In this document: positions 11,925-25,260 of the stretch, piece after piece
Layout: each line of letters begins with the position of its first letter
How positions within the stretch are numbered: position 1 is the stretch's first letter
Assembly (NCBI GenBank): GCA_951406725.2
Contig: OX597814.1
Span: 68,572,001-68,636,000, forward strand
Length of the DNA: 64,000 nucleotides
Reading direction: 5' to 3'
Source of the DNA: Octopus vulgaris
Taxonomy: Eukaryota
Position numbers and translations under genes: made by a program
Notes under the pieces: model-generated
Seen by the model: only the letters and a program-made list of their open reading frames with translations
Databases searched by the model: none
What the model was told of the DNA's origin: nothing

Positions 11925-14900
11925 AAACTTAGATAAACTTAGATATGTTTCGACCAAAGATTGGTCCAGGCCATGTCTAACTTAATAGCACCACCTGATA
12001 GGACTATTCGAATCCTGTTTAAGTCAAGTTTTGTTTATGTCAAGTTTTGTTCAAGTAGTGAGTTCTTGTTGGGTGAGTTGTATTCAATTATGGGTGGCTT
12101 ATCTGGTATTCTTTGAAGGAATCTATCCAGACTCTGTTTAAAGTTGATGGGATCCTTTTCCTCTTTGATCTCACTCGGGACAATGTTAAATAGGGCAGGG
12201 CCTGTTGAGGAAAAGAAATTATGTTGCAGTGTACGTGTATGTTGTGATCTTGAATTTGGCAGGGGACGTATAGCCCGTGGTCCAAGTCTTGGATGAACCT
12301 TGAAGCTAATGTTTAGGTCGTTTGGGCAAAGTTGGCGGTATATTTTCCACATCGTACAAATGATGTACCGCTCACGGCGACGCTGGAGGAAGTAAAGTTT
12401 CAAGGCTTTAAGGCGATCCCAATAATCGAGAGCAGCCATGCCTTCAATTTGTTTAGTGAGAGCCCTCTGGGGTGACTCAATTCTGGAGATGTTTTGTCTT
12501 GTGTGAGGAGACCACAGTGGGCAGCAGTATTCACGGTGTGGCCGTACAAAGGAGGAAAAAAGTGGTATGATGACACCTTGTTCTCTGGACCGGAAAGTTC
12601 TTAAGATCCAGGAACTCATCCTACGTGCTATATCGACCTTCTTGTTGATGTGTGCACTCCAACTGAGATCGTCATCAACAATTACACCCAGGTTTCTGAT
12701 ATTGTTAGAGGCTGTGAGCGGTTCCCCTGAAGGAAGAGAGTATGGTTGTTTTAGTGAGGAATTTCTTCCAAAATGCATCAGCTCAAATTTTCCCTCATTC
12801 AGTTGCATTTTGTTTCTGTCTGCCCATTGACTCACAGCATATAGATCAGACTGGAGTTGAGTTCGGTCTGCTTCTTCATTGACGATTTGCTGGAGCTTAG
12901 TGTCATCAGCGAATATTTTCACTTTGCAGTAATGTACGACACTGGAAAGGTCGTTTACGTAAATTATGAAGAGTAGCGCCCCAAAACAGTTCCCTGGGGA
13001 ACACCGCTGGTGATTTTTGCTGGGTTTGAGTGGACTCCATCAACTACAACATGTTGTGTTCTATTCGCCAGGAAATACTTAATCCAGTGTAGAACTTTTC
13101 CACGGATTCCAACATTTGAAAATTTTGAGAGTAGGAGGTTATGGTCTACCCTGTCGAACGCTTTACTGAAATCAAGATATATGACGTCAGAGTTCGAACC
13201 TGTTCCCAAGGCTTTGAGTACATCTTCAATGTGGTGTAAGAGCTGTGTTAGACAGTCCCTGCCACAGCGAAAGCCAGTTTGTGGGTCTCCAGGAAGTCAG
13301 CTATCCTTGATCTTAACACTCTTTCAAACACTTTAATGATGTGGGAGGTGAGTGAGATTGGGCGATAGTTGACTGCGAGGGATCTGTTTCCCTGTTTGAA
13401 AACCGGGATGACCGACTGGGATAGAAACTGTTTTGGTATATAACCTGCGTCTAACGAATTTCTCCAGAGGTTGGTCAGAGGGACTGCAAGTTGATATCTA
13501 CATTCCTTCAGGAGACTAGCGGGAAATCTATCAGGGCCTACAGCAGAGTAATGTTTGACCTCATTTATTGCTGCTACGATGTCGGTGGCAGTGAAGGTTA
13601 CGTCTGAGATTTTGTGTTGGGCGTCAACTTCGTTCGTTTCCCTCACGTCAATATCAGTGGGAACACTGAAGACAGAGCAGTATTGTTTCTGCAGTATTTC
13701 TGCCATTTCTTTAGCATCGTGTTTGGGAATGCCGTTATCATCAATCAATGGCCCAATGGGTGAGACAGTGGTTCTATGCTTATTTGCATAAGAATAGAAC
13801 ACTTTTGGGTTCTGTTTGATGTTTTTGATTACCCATTGTTCCTCCACAGCTCTTTGATTTTCAATGGAGGTTTTCATGTTAGTCTGCAGATGAAGTTTTT
13901 CCAGCTCTAGTCTTTTCATTGTTGTTGAATGTGGATGTTGTGTGTGGGAATATTTTAATTGGTTGATTTTTTTTGTTGAGTCTTTTGATGCGCCTGATGA
14001 GTGTTTTTTTCTTTTTAGGGAGCCGGTTTCTGTTTGTCTTAGTAGATTTCTTGGGAGCGTGTTTAGAGCATGTATAGGTGACAATGCTTTCAAAGTGCTG
14101 CCACGCGGTCTCAATATGAGGGGAATTGAGAGTAAAAGACCAGTCGATGGAAGACAGATCTTTTCTGATTGTTCCCCAGTCCGCTTTGTGGAAGTTTATG
14201 TTGTCAAATGGGTGCCATGGAGTGGGATTGGCTGGTTTGGTTTTTATATGTCGGGAATTAAGATTGCAGAGTACCATGTCGTGGTCTGAGAGGAGAGTTT
14301 TTTCGACTGAAATGCTGTGAACGTAGCTAGAGTGATTGGTCAATACCAGATCCAAGATCGTTTTATTCAGTCTCGTTGGTTCAAGCACTAGCTGAGTCAG
14401 GAAATACTCATCCATCAGATTAAAGAGCAGTTCTGCTGCTGCTCTATCTGATGTAGAGCACTTGCCTAACTTCAGAGTATTTGTGGGCCAGTTCACACGA
14501 GGGAGGTTAAAATCACCCATCACTAGTATGATTCCGGAGTGGTACTTCCAAAGGAAGGACTTGACTTTGCTAAGGCACTCTTCAAAGTACTTTAGAGGTG
14601 CCTGGGGAGGCCTGTAAAGACCAACAATGGTTATGTCCTTGGCTTTGTTGTATAGTGATACCGATTCACAGTAGCCATTGGAAAATATGTCCTTGGCATC
14701 AAGTGAAAAGGAATCATGGATAAAGATGGCTGTCCCTCCCTTATTTCGGTCTGTGCGATCCGCACGAACAATGGTGAAATCTTTTATTTTCACCTCTGCG
14801 TCCATATGGGTGTTGTTCAGGTGAGTCTCGGTAAGGATAAAGAAAGGGAAGCAATGTGCCATTTCGGCAAGCCAACTCTCTATATATGGGATCTTCCATT

Positions 14901-15147
14901 TTTGGGCAATAATTGATGGGTTGATGCCACGTATATTTAACAGGAATGTCGAGGTAAGGGAAGTTGGTAATGGGTGAGTGGTCCTTGTGATTTGCATAGA
15001 TGGTTGGTGATAGCACGCTGGATCTCCTGGCTTAGGTCGGCCTTCATATTTTCCAGGTATGTCAGTAAAAAAGAGTTACTCGTTTGGTTTGCCACTTGGT
15101 CAGAGGATACATATTTCATGTTGACGTTGTTTGGTGTTTTTTCATGG

Positions 15148-15150
<3 letters not shown>
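11925..15150 (-). mobile_element. CR1/L2-group LINE, 5'-truncated within ORF1; ORF2 (APE plus RT) broken by frameshifts
   Basis: APE motifs LNIRG, LTETHL, GLYRPP, MGDFNLP, LDLVLT, SDH. RT motifs NYRPISLTS, YLDFSKAFDRV, SGVPQGTVLG, FADD, LGVIVD. 3' stem-loop and two terminal ATCTAAGTTT repeats. Confidence 0.93.
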
Positions 15151-15186
<36 letters not shown>

Positions 15187-15192
<6 letters not shown>

Positions 15193-15546
15193 AGATATGT
15201 ATTTATGTACATTTATGTATATGTATGCATATGTAAAAGTGTGTATATATGTATGTATTTATATTTATAACTTAACCTCATAAACTTTCTAAAGCCAGAG
15301 ACACACCCAAGTACCTTAATCTTATCTACCAAATAGTTCAGTTCACAGAAAGGATGAAAGTAAAGTGGGGTACTATGACCTCTTCCCTGAAGCAGCTGTT
15401 CTACGTTATATATTTTAATAATTACTGGTATTTTTATATATGTAAAGCATAGTGTTATAATTTTTTTTTTAATAAATAGACAAAATAAAATGTCTAAAAG
15501 TTGTAGAATGCCACCTCTTGATCCCCTCCATTTTCTTATTGCCATA
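15187..15546. repeat. Dispersed repeat, inverted partner of 10045-10445
   Basis: See partner. Confidence 0.8.
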
Positions 15547-16129
15547 TATATATATATATAAAACAACAACAACAACAACAATAATAATAATAATAATAAT
15601 AATGATAATAATAATAATAATAATAATAATAATATTAGTGAGTATAACTCGAAATTTACAGGGAAAAATTCAATTTTGTATTAAATCAAATTTCACAATA
15701 TAAATATATAATATATATAAATTATAGAAAAACCACTATTATGTAATTCAAACTATGATAGATATAAACCAAAGGACGTATGTAGTCAGTAGAATCAACA
15801 GTTATCCAGCAGGTGGGAGTGGTAAACTCACCGAAAGTGAAGGACCCCCAGATGTACTTAGAAATTCCTTGTAGAGGAACGTAAACTCGTATAAACATCT
15901 GAAGTTCATTTGGATTTATCGTTGTTTCAATCCCAATTGTGCCACTGATATTACAGCTGATTGCGCTGAAAAGTGGTTTCAGAGCTACGCAGCTCTTTAT
16001 CCACTCAAAACAAATACACGCACAAGAACTTCTTAAATTTGGAACGTTACATGGACGTACAAAAAACGCCTTGCGGCGATGGGGGCGCAGTGAAGTATAC
16101 AGATCTAACAAGCTGAAAGTAAATAGTTG

Positions 16130-16930
16130 CTAACCTACATGTAGACAGCTTGGAACATTAGTTGCTTCATATTAAATATGGCAAAGAGTTAGACCTAGTG
16201 CTAAGCAATACTTGTATCAAGCAAAAGAATAAATATAAGGTTACCTTGAAGCATCCATGTCTAAGTCACTGGCACATTCACAATAATGTAATTGTCCTTA
16301 GAAAAAAACTATCAGGTGTAAAATCCGACCGTCGCATGCAGAGATGGGGGAATGTTGGACGCAAAATAGGCTCCTGCGTGGCTACTTGGAGATCACTGTT
16401 CGTACAAAAACACTTAAGCTAGTTTTTATCTCTAAATTAAATTGCCCTGAAACGTTTGGACATTACCAAGAAGCAGTTCAAGCGATAGATTTAAATTACA
16501 ACGGTGATTCTTTGTAAGTTTCAGTAAACAGCATTATGAAATAGCTTCCTGTACGTTGATATTTATTGAAACAAACATCAGCATGTGGTCCAAAGAAAAT
16601 AATGGACTTGTAACAGAACTGTTGGAATAAAAGGGAAAAAGGCTCTTGACAATTTGTTCTCTTGTTTTTGCCGGGATGTAAACGGAATAAGCTAGAGAAA
16701 GATTTTTAAGAATGCAAAGCTATATTCCAACGAGACTTGCGAGAAGCAAAGGACGTATGTTGGCGAAAAAAATGCCCACGAAATTCGAACATCTGCTGAA
16801 AAGCGAGATAGGAAATTTCTGTATCACTAGTCTATGGCCCATCATCCTCTGTCTTTATACATCTTCCAGAAAAATCTGGTAAAGTGCTGCTGCGTAAGCG
16901 AAGCCAAATCTCTGGATGGAGCAAGATTTG
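16130..16930 (+). mobile_element. Highly decayed RTE-like LINE ORF fragment
   Basis: Remnant QRDLREAKDVCWRKK...EIRTSAEKRD...YGPSS resembles the RTE linker region (ELR..K..WW..KA.EIQ..AD...VYGP). Confidence 0.5.
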
Positions 16931-18699
16931 CTGTAATCGAAATCTTTTCTTTGGCGCATCTGGGGTAACTAGCAAAATAGGCTCTATAAACATAATCATA
17001 GATAGTGTCCATAGGCAACACAAATTTATCTGTACTGCAAATTCATCTAGGATAACCGAAACACTTTTGATAAATGGAAGAACTACTCATTCCAAGTTTA
17101 AGTTTTAAAATCTAACATCGTCGGTTGCTTGTGTATGCAACAAAAGTAGAGATTTAATCATGGTAGTTGTCTTGAAAAGTTGAGAACTGATTTAGAGTGA
17201 TGAACACAAAATGGCCTAAAATCCTGCACTTGAATCACCACTGAAGTATACCTGAGAATCGGAAGAACCCCAATGCTTTGATAGCGGAAAATTTTTGCCT
17301 GTGATTCTTGGTGGCACACCAACAGATAAAAAAGTATCCTATTCAACAGTCCCTCTGTCTGGGACCATATCTAGTAATTAACCATTTCTACGAGGATGAG
17401 GGATATGCTTAAAAGAAATAGAACAGCTATTTATACAACAAATTATCAAGCTTAAACATGTGGAAACAATAAAAATACGTTTGACAGAAATGTAGCTAAA
17501 TAATCAAACATGATTAGATTACTTGAATGAAAATGCATTAATCCTTAGCTATGAACACTTTGATATTAATGTTATTCTTATATTTATGATGTGCAAGAAG
17601 TAAATCAACGAGGCTGAGAAAACCAAAAAGATCTGCAGAAAAGATACTTGCAAAGAGGATAGATTTCATGCTTCTTTACCGGTTCAGTTTCTGATAGTTC
17701 AACAATTTAAAGCAATTTCATGAGCTGTTCCATTGTGAAGGTGTTATAGTATAGTGCTGGGTGGAAAACATTTGTATGATAGGCTCATGTTTCTTTGAAG
17801 AAGGCGAATATATAGTAAATATGCGTTCTGGTCACCAAGTACAATATCTTTCACCTAAAACTTAACAGAGGTGTTATATAAGTAAAGTGAATAAATTCCA
17901 TAAAATGAGCCAAGTTTTAAGCCAGAGTAATCTTTACAAAGAATTTCGAAATTCTTTCTTAACCGTATCTGGCAAAGCATTTTTTAAATATAAAACTGGT
18001 CTTAACAGAAATGTGTAGTCAGTATATATTCAGCTGTACTGTAGCTTTCTCTTACATAAGTTCAATACTTTTAATATGTAGAAAAATCACTCCTGTACAT
18101 ATACTAGTAGTTGAGTTTATAAATATTTTGAGACTACAAAAATAGAAAACTTTCGACAATAGACAACTCATTCCAGAATAACTAAAAGTTATTATTTGTC
18201 AGAAATTTATGGTAATACCGCAAACCTTTGTGCATTGGGCAATATGCTTCGCGTTCTTTTCAACACATATGCAATAATCAACTATAATAAAACTCTTGTG
18301 TTTTTCTCCGTCACAACATATGAATGAGAAGGTGTGATAGATGAATAAGGAAGGGGTAAAAAGATCAAGCCGCGTTTCAACTCTGTGTGAATATATGTGT
18401 GTGTGTGTGTGTGTATGTAAAAGTGAGGTATGTGGATATCTTACGTGCACGTGCGCGTGTGTGTGTGCAACCGAAGGGGGATGGTGAACATTCAACGCTG
18501 AAAAGAAAAAGAAAACAGCGTTTCAACTCTGTGAGTATATGTGTGTGTATATGTGTGTGTATATGTGTGTGTATATGTGTGCGTGTAAAGGGAAGTATGT
18601 GAAAGTATGTGTGAACCAGAGTTCTTTCAGGAGCACACGATGATCGAGGTAACATCTCAAAAGACAACCACTGTCTTTATATGAAGCCATTGAAGATAA

Positions 18700-18985
18700 A
18701 TGTAACAGTAAATACCAACAATTTAGTTAGAATCTATACCTATAGTGTACAAACATATTAACACCAAATGTACAAACATATTTACACTAAATGTACAAAA
18801 GCAATGTGAAATAGATGGCGAAATAATGGAAACAGTTCTAGAGAAAATATCAAATAGCAAATCCTCTGATCCAGATCACACATGTTACTGGCTGAAGAAT
18901 TTCACCTTTTATTGGAGAGATTTCATACGGTTCTATATAGAAAGTATAAAGGGCACGCAACAACTGCCGGAATGATTATCACCTG
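18700..18985 (+). mobile_element. Decayed R4/RLE-type LINE RT fragment
   Basis: ETVLEKISNSKSSDPDHTCYWLKNF resembles the K.PG.D.I..YWLK motif. Confidence 0.45.
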
Positions 18986-19029
18986 CAACTAGTTTCCATA
19001 CATACATGCGTACGTACATACATACATAC

Positions 19030-19683
19030 ATGATGGCTGCCCCCTCGTTATCGAGTATGGCCATTGCATGAAGCTTAACTGGTGCTGTGATCGAATGTGA
19101 CTTTTTAGCCCAGCTAAAGATCTACAATGTCTTGTACAGAATTGGCAACTAAAACCTTTACCGGTAATAGCCGGCTGTAGTTGTAACTGGGCTTCATGTA
19201 CCTTTGCATGTCGTTTAAGTCCTCCTGTCGAATTACACTCTCTTCCACATGCCCGACAGATATGATTAGAATGGTGTGTTACACCACCACCAGTGGCCAG
19301 GTTGTCACTCATCTGTCTCACTTTATGACTACGAAGATGACTCTTGAGTCCAGCTTTACTGAGGCAGGGTCTTGCACAAACACTGCATGTCAGCATCATA
19401 GAAAGACCCCTCCCATCTGGAAGTGCAACAGCGATGCCCTTCCTGACATCCCTCCTTACTTTCTCATGCGCAACTCGAGATTTCTCGAAAGTGGCTGTCC
19501 CCTCGTGCACAATCCTTCTCCACATGCTACGATCAATAGCTATGCCTTCCCATGTGTCAGGCAAGCATCTCTTAAGGAAACCTTCAGCAAGTCCTTATAC
19601 CTGTTTTTTGGTTTATGTGGAGGTCGCTCTCCTTCAGCTAACTCTCCATAAAAGAGTTGTTTTGGCATCCTTGAATCCTTCAT
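19030..19683 (-). mobile_element. 3' fragment of an RTE-clade LINE with three C2H2 zinc fingers, inserted in (CATA)n
   Basis: RMPKQLFYGELAEGER..KPKNRYKD, TWE.IA.DRS.WR, then CSVC..HLRSH, CRAC..HAKVH, CQFC..HIRSQH. Confidence 0.88.
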
Positions 19684-19759
19684 CCATCCTTCCATCCATC
19701 CATCCATCCATACATACATACATACATACATACATACATACATACATACAAACAAACAA

Positions 19760-21390
19760 ATTGAATTTTTTCCAGACAATAACAACAAAAGTGTAAACGA
19801 TGTTAGAACACCACGGAAAGATTTCAAGATGGAATACGTTTGGCATTAATGTACTTTCTCGAAGAGAGAGTATTGTCTACCAAAGTAAACAAAAGACCAA
19901 CAGACACAGTATCAAAAATTAATGAAATTGGAAAGGAGTATTTACAGCAATACCATGAACCTTCATCCTGGCAAATTCACGCCTGTTTATATGCTCTCTC
20001 TCTCTGCTACCGGAAATAAATACATGAGCAACACTCAAAACCGAAACAACAAAAAAATGTGCCATCACCAGTTTTGAAGACAGAGAAAAAGATAGCTGAT
20101 TTATGGAAGACCATCAGCCATTTGACAGTATTCGACAGCGATAGAAGTGATGTTTGGTGACAGTAAAAAGAGAGCATTCGCTAAATATCATAGAAGCTCC
20201 TTCGCGAGAAGACGTAGACTCTTTCTGGAGGAAAATCTGGATCGAATAGTTGAAGTTTAACTGAGATGGTCTGTGACTGGAAGAAATTTGAAGTAACTAT
20301 TGTTCTTGCATTACACCCAAAACGTACTGATCGATGGTGGGCTCGTGACGGTAATTCAAAAACTAGAATAGGAAAGCACGTGGAAAAGATTTGATTGTTT
20401 GATACTCCTACAAGAAGTTAACCTTCAATAGACCGTATGCTATCAACCTGTATCAACAAGCTTTCAATGAGAATAGTAGCATACTATACTACTTAGCTCC
20501 GGCAGAGATGAATCTAATCCCGAAAAGCAGACTCACTCACATGGCAAAATACTACCAGCCAATTGCATGTCAGTACCTAATGTATACAAAATATATAGCA
20601 TGTTTAAAATTCTCCCTCCAATGCCATCGTGAAGCTAATAACATTATTACAGCAGAAGAAACAGATGAGAAGGGAGTCTGGGGAGTGCCGTACAATTGTT
20701 GATAAACAAAACTGTAATGTGAGAGTTTCGACAGCATAGGAGGAATTTGGTTTCAATGTAGCTGGACTACAACAAAGCCTTTGACCCTGTGCATGCTAGA
20801 AACCCTTCGACTTGGTAGTTTATTTGTAATAAATAAACCACATCATAAGCAATTGTCCAAAAATGCAACCGCATTATTTACCGGTGAGACATGATGATGT
20901 AGTCAAGGCACTGTACAATGAGATCTGTCGGAAGGATAATCCTGAGGCCACAGAGAAAGGAACCCACAGTATGGTACAGGTCGTACTCACACAAAACATG
21001 AAAGAGTACTCACGGAATGTCCCAATGAAAACCTCGATAAAATGCAAATATAATACACCAGACATAGTGATTTGGTACAGAGAAGAGATACTCTGTACAG
21101 TAGTGGAAATCCGTTGCCCAGCGGATGTCAACATAAAGCTAAAGACCAGCGAAAAAACACCTACGCTAATCTACTGAGTCATTTACAGTTACTCTACCCA
21201 AATTACAAATTCAGATTTATTCTTGTAATTATTGAGGCACTAAGATATGTAACAAACTGCCTAAGTGCCAATCCTGAGAAATTAGGTTTCTCAAAACCAG
21301 AACAAAAAAAGTTAATTAGAAAACAGAAGAAGATTAAAGACGAAAGCCATGCAACTATCAAAATTTGTATAACATTCCAAAAGTTTAGCA
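19760..21390 (+). mobile_element. Decayed R4/NeSL-type LINE (RT plus restriction-like endonuclease) with internal deletions
   Basis: EDVDSFWRKIW, YYQPIAC, LDYNKAFD, RHDDVVKALY, TPDIVI...VVEIRCP (PD..D/ExK-type RLE). Confidence 0.75.
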
Positions 21391-21544
21391 TTTATCTATA
21401 TACGCACATGTCTAGACATACAATTATGTATGAAAATACATACATAAAACAACACATACAAATCAGCACACACATTAACTCCAAATATTGAACTTATTAC
21501 ACTCAAACATGCATAAATAGCTGGCACTCAATCTTGCATAAACA

Positions 21545-21800
21545 ATACAGTTCTATATTTTAGAGATGATGAATTATGTACATTATTTACATTCAACGGA
21601 TATTTGTCCTCATCTTGTTTGTTGTTAACACAAAGTTTCGGCTGATATACCCTCTAAGCCTTCTTCAGGTGTCTTGGGAAAATTTCGAACCTGGGTTCTC
21701 ATTCCTAAGGTATTTTTCGATGTTATTATTATTATTATTAATGTTAGTGTTCCAAGTTCGATTCCAAGTAGTGACCTGAACGATAACAATAATAATAATG

Positions 21801-21864
<64 letters not shown>

Positions 21865-22035
21865 CAATAGTAATAATAATAATAATAATAACATCGAAAA
21901 ATACCTCAGGAATGAGAACCCAGGTTCGAAATTTCCCCAAGACACCTGAAGAAGGCTGGGGGTTAACAGCAAACAAGATGAGGACAAATACCCGTCGAAT
22001 GTAAATAATGTAAATAATGTAAATAATATGCATAA
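21545..22035. mobile_element. Palindromic pair of a short HHR-bearing PLE-type element around (TAA)n
   Basis: About 21578-21740 is the reverse complement of about 21875-22015. The left arm has the HHR motif; the right arm has it partly deleted. Confidence 0.8.
21627..21673 (-). ncRNA. Minimal type I hammerhead ribozyme motif (stem III probably mutated)
   Basis: GACAC-CUGAAGA-A-GGCU[uagaggguauauc]AGCC-GAAA-CUUU-GUGUU. Stem I is GACAC/GUGUU. One change (CUUU to CGUU) restores the palindromic AACGUU stem III. Confidence 0.7.
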
Positions 22036-22603
22036 ATAACTTGTTGATGTTTAAAACGCCAGTGAAAGATCCTTGGATCTAGGTTAGAAACTGGCTCTTT
22101 CTCTATTGGCAAGAAATCTAGAAATAAAACTGAATAGAAAAATAAATATATATATATATATATGTGTGTGTGTATGTGTGTGTGTGTGATTGCATGTATA
22201 TATATCGATAGTTCATTCTCATACATATCGTCGTCGTCATATCTTTTATTGTTAGTTTCAGTGACGAGATTTACGTCGAAATCGTTTAACAACTGATAGT
22301 TTATATGTTACTGTTACAAAATTAAACAACCGAATATAAGGGTGTATGTACGATTGCCTGTTCTTCAAATAATTAGATTTAAAAGGATAATAAACAAATT
22401 TCGAACTAATGCAGCTTTCAGCAATGTATTGATTTCAGAAACCTAACGCATAATGGAATTTCTTTTTGCAAGCTTTAGACACATTCATTCATACAAAATA
22501 CACCCCCACCATTTATATACACACATTATGTATGCATATATATATATATATATACATATATATACATATATTATATATATATATACATATACATATATAT
22601 ACA

Positions 22604-22645
<42 letters not shown>

Positions 22646-23522
22646 CGTACATACATACATACATACATACATGTTCATAGACACTGAGTAAGAAAGAAGG
22701 AAACATGATGCAACAAAATGACCCCGAATGTTTACAAAAAGAACGGCGTCTATGCGTTGTTTCTGAAATCAATACATTCCCTAAAGCTGATTGATTCGAT
22801 ATTTCTCTCGCCTCTTTGCAAATATAATTGTTTGATCGTAGAGGCGTTGTATTTTCTTTCATGTAAAATCTCTTATAACTGCCAAAGTTTTAGAGGCTAC
22901 ATCTTGATAATATTATCTTTATATCACATAGTTCTCATCGGTTGTAATGACAACTAAAAAAAACGATATAATTAATACAAATACGTCTCACCCAGCATAA
23001 GAAATAATAAAAGCAATTGGTATTAACTTAGAGACATTCACTTATACACAAAATAGATACTAGAATACATGATATAGTGGCCAAAGTAAATTTAATTAAA
23101 TAGACTGTGACCGTAGTGATGAGAACAAATCGTTATCTTAATGATCAATTCTAGTCAAGAGCCGGGTCTTAGCTTCGGGAATTAAGTAAATTAATATTAA
23201 TCTAATACGGAATACATTGGAGATTGAGGTTGATCTTTTACATTTCAGAAATAACTGGACATGTATTCATCAGTTTAAATCTCGTTGATAAAGCCTAGAC
23301 TAACCATTACTGATCGATCTTGGAATGGCCAGAAAACATAGGATTTTCGTAAACCAACTTGGTAGTATTATAATTCGAAATAAGAACTGGAAAATTTTCT
23401 AGGGATGACTTCTGCAAAAAAACAAAAAACAATAGTGATTTAAATGCCAACGTACATGAAGTGCGAACTTTTAATTCTAAAATTACACAATTAGTATTTT
23501 TCTTTGGAAAATTACTATTTTA

Positions 23523-23825
23523 AAATCTCACAACAAGAGATACTCAGCAACAGCACTTTGTAGTAAAGATTGTGTGCCAACATAACATGGCAGTCCTGGT
23601 TTAGGAAATCGCGATAAACAGATATAGTTTTGAGCTGAGTTGGGGTGCTAGATTCCCTTGTTCGAAAATATAAGGACACAATTTGTGTCGTATAGCCAGC
23701 TGGGAATGATGTCTCCTGGGGCTAAATTACAGCAACATTCGTCCTAAACCAGGACTTCCACGTTATGTTGGCAAACAATCTTTACGACAAAATACTGTTG
23801 CTGAATATCTCTCGTTGTGAGATTT
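23523..23825. repeat. Diverged inverted repeat (arms about 84 bp, spacer about 135 bp)
   Basis: 23523-23606 matches the reverse complement of 23742-23825. Confidence 0.85.
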
Positions 23826-23999
23826 AAAAATAGTAATTTTCTTATTTATAGATCAGTGACTAGTTATCAAATTGAAAACTATATATTAGAAAATTATATA
23901 TTTCGAACAGGAATTTGTCAGCGCAACCTCAACCAGAACAATTTTGTGTTGTTTTTGCGAAGAACTCTAGCCGAATTTTTTGTGCGAGGCCACCATTGT

Positions 24000-25260
24000 T
24001 GGGTGGTAGTGAATAACTGGGAAAAATGAGAAGTTATGCTGAAGCTACTGGAGATCGAGTTCCCCTAGACCCACAGGAGATGTCATCGTGGAACGGAGAG
24101 CTGAGAAAGAAATTAGTAGTATGGTAGAGAAGGAAGGGTCAAATATAAAAATGACCCTGTCAGAGGAGGAAAAAGTGAAAACGGAAAAGAAGACGGTCAT
24201 ATTCAGAACATTTTCGAATAAAAGCAGAAGAATTGAACACGCACCGCAGGTAAAAAATAGAAGAAAGTTTGGAAGAATATATAAGAGACAGCATAACGTT
24301 CTTTACGAGAGGAAAGAGATATGCGTCGATAGTGGTAACCTTTATATCGGAAGAGAAGGCAGAAAAGGCCTCCAATAGGCAGATACAGGGAGAAAAATGG
24401 ATTTTGATACCAAACTGTTTGGACAAAAGAATTATCAGAATTAAGGTGGGAAGAATTCTACCGTGGATAGACCTAGAATGGATAGTAGCTGCAATTACTT
24501 ATTCGGAGATGAGGAAGGAAAGTGAAGACATGGAAGACGGGCATGATAAGCCGAACCCAACAAGTGAAGTGCTGGTACTACGGATTAGAGATAATTTGTG
24601 CAGTGAGCCCGAAATATTACAACGAAATACCTGAAACTTTAGACCTACCAAATGAAGAAAAGCTGGAGATAATGTTGGAGGGGAGACCCCAAAAGTGTTA
24701 CGAATGTGGTGAAAGAGGGCACTTGAGAAAGAAATGCCTTAGAGCAGCAGTAGAAATGGTAGAGGAGAGTATTCAGGAGAATATAATGGCGGAGAAACAG
24801 CAGAAACAGATAACAGAACAAGATGGGAATTTAGCGAAGATGAAAGCAAGAAAAAGAGAGAGAAGGAGTTCACCAACAATAGTGGAATTGAAGAAGTACA
24901 AAGTAATGGAAGAGGTAACCCAAACTACAACGAGAAACGGGGAATATTTACCAGTAGGATCACCAGTAAAAGACTTACAAGTACAGAAACATTCAGACCC
25001 GCAGACACTCAAACACATTACGGAGACCTAAAGACACAGACACACAGACGAAGCACACAGAATTACAGACACACAGGCACACAAATACACAAAAACAAAG
25101 ACATACAGATACAATCGCAGGAAAGCCATAAACTGCAGAAATACAGAGACAAAAAGCGCCAACAAGCAAAAAACAAACAGAAATAAGATTTATTGTGAAA
25201 TTAGGGACACCCAAAGTTAAAAGAATTTCAAAATTGAAAGACATTAAGAAAGAGTGAACC
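24000..25260 (+). mobile_element. Tx1/L1-like ORF1 remnant with zinc knuckle
   Basis: EGRPQKCYECGERGHLRKKC (CCHC). Homologous to ORF1 of the minus-strand element at 28900-29900. Confidence 0.75.

Noticed and set aside
22249-22292. HHR-like GUGACGA-GAU..GUC-GAAA
   Set aside because: G at position 3, stem I displaced by 6 nt and stem III unpaired; at best a relic
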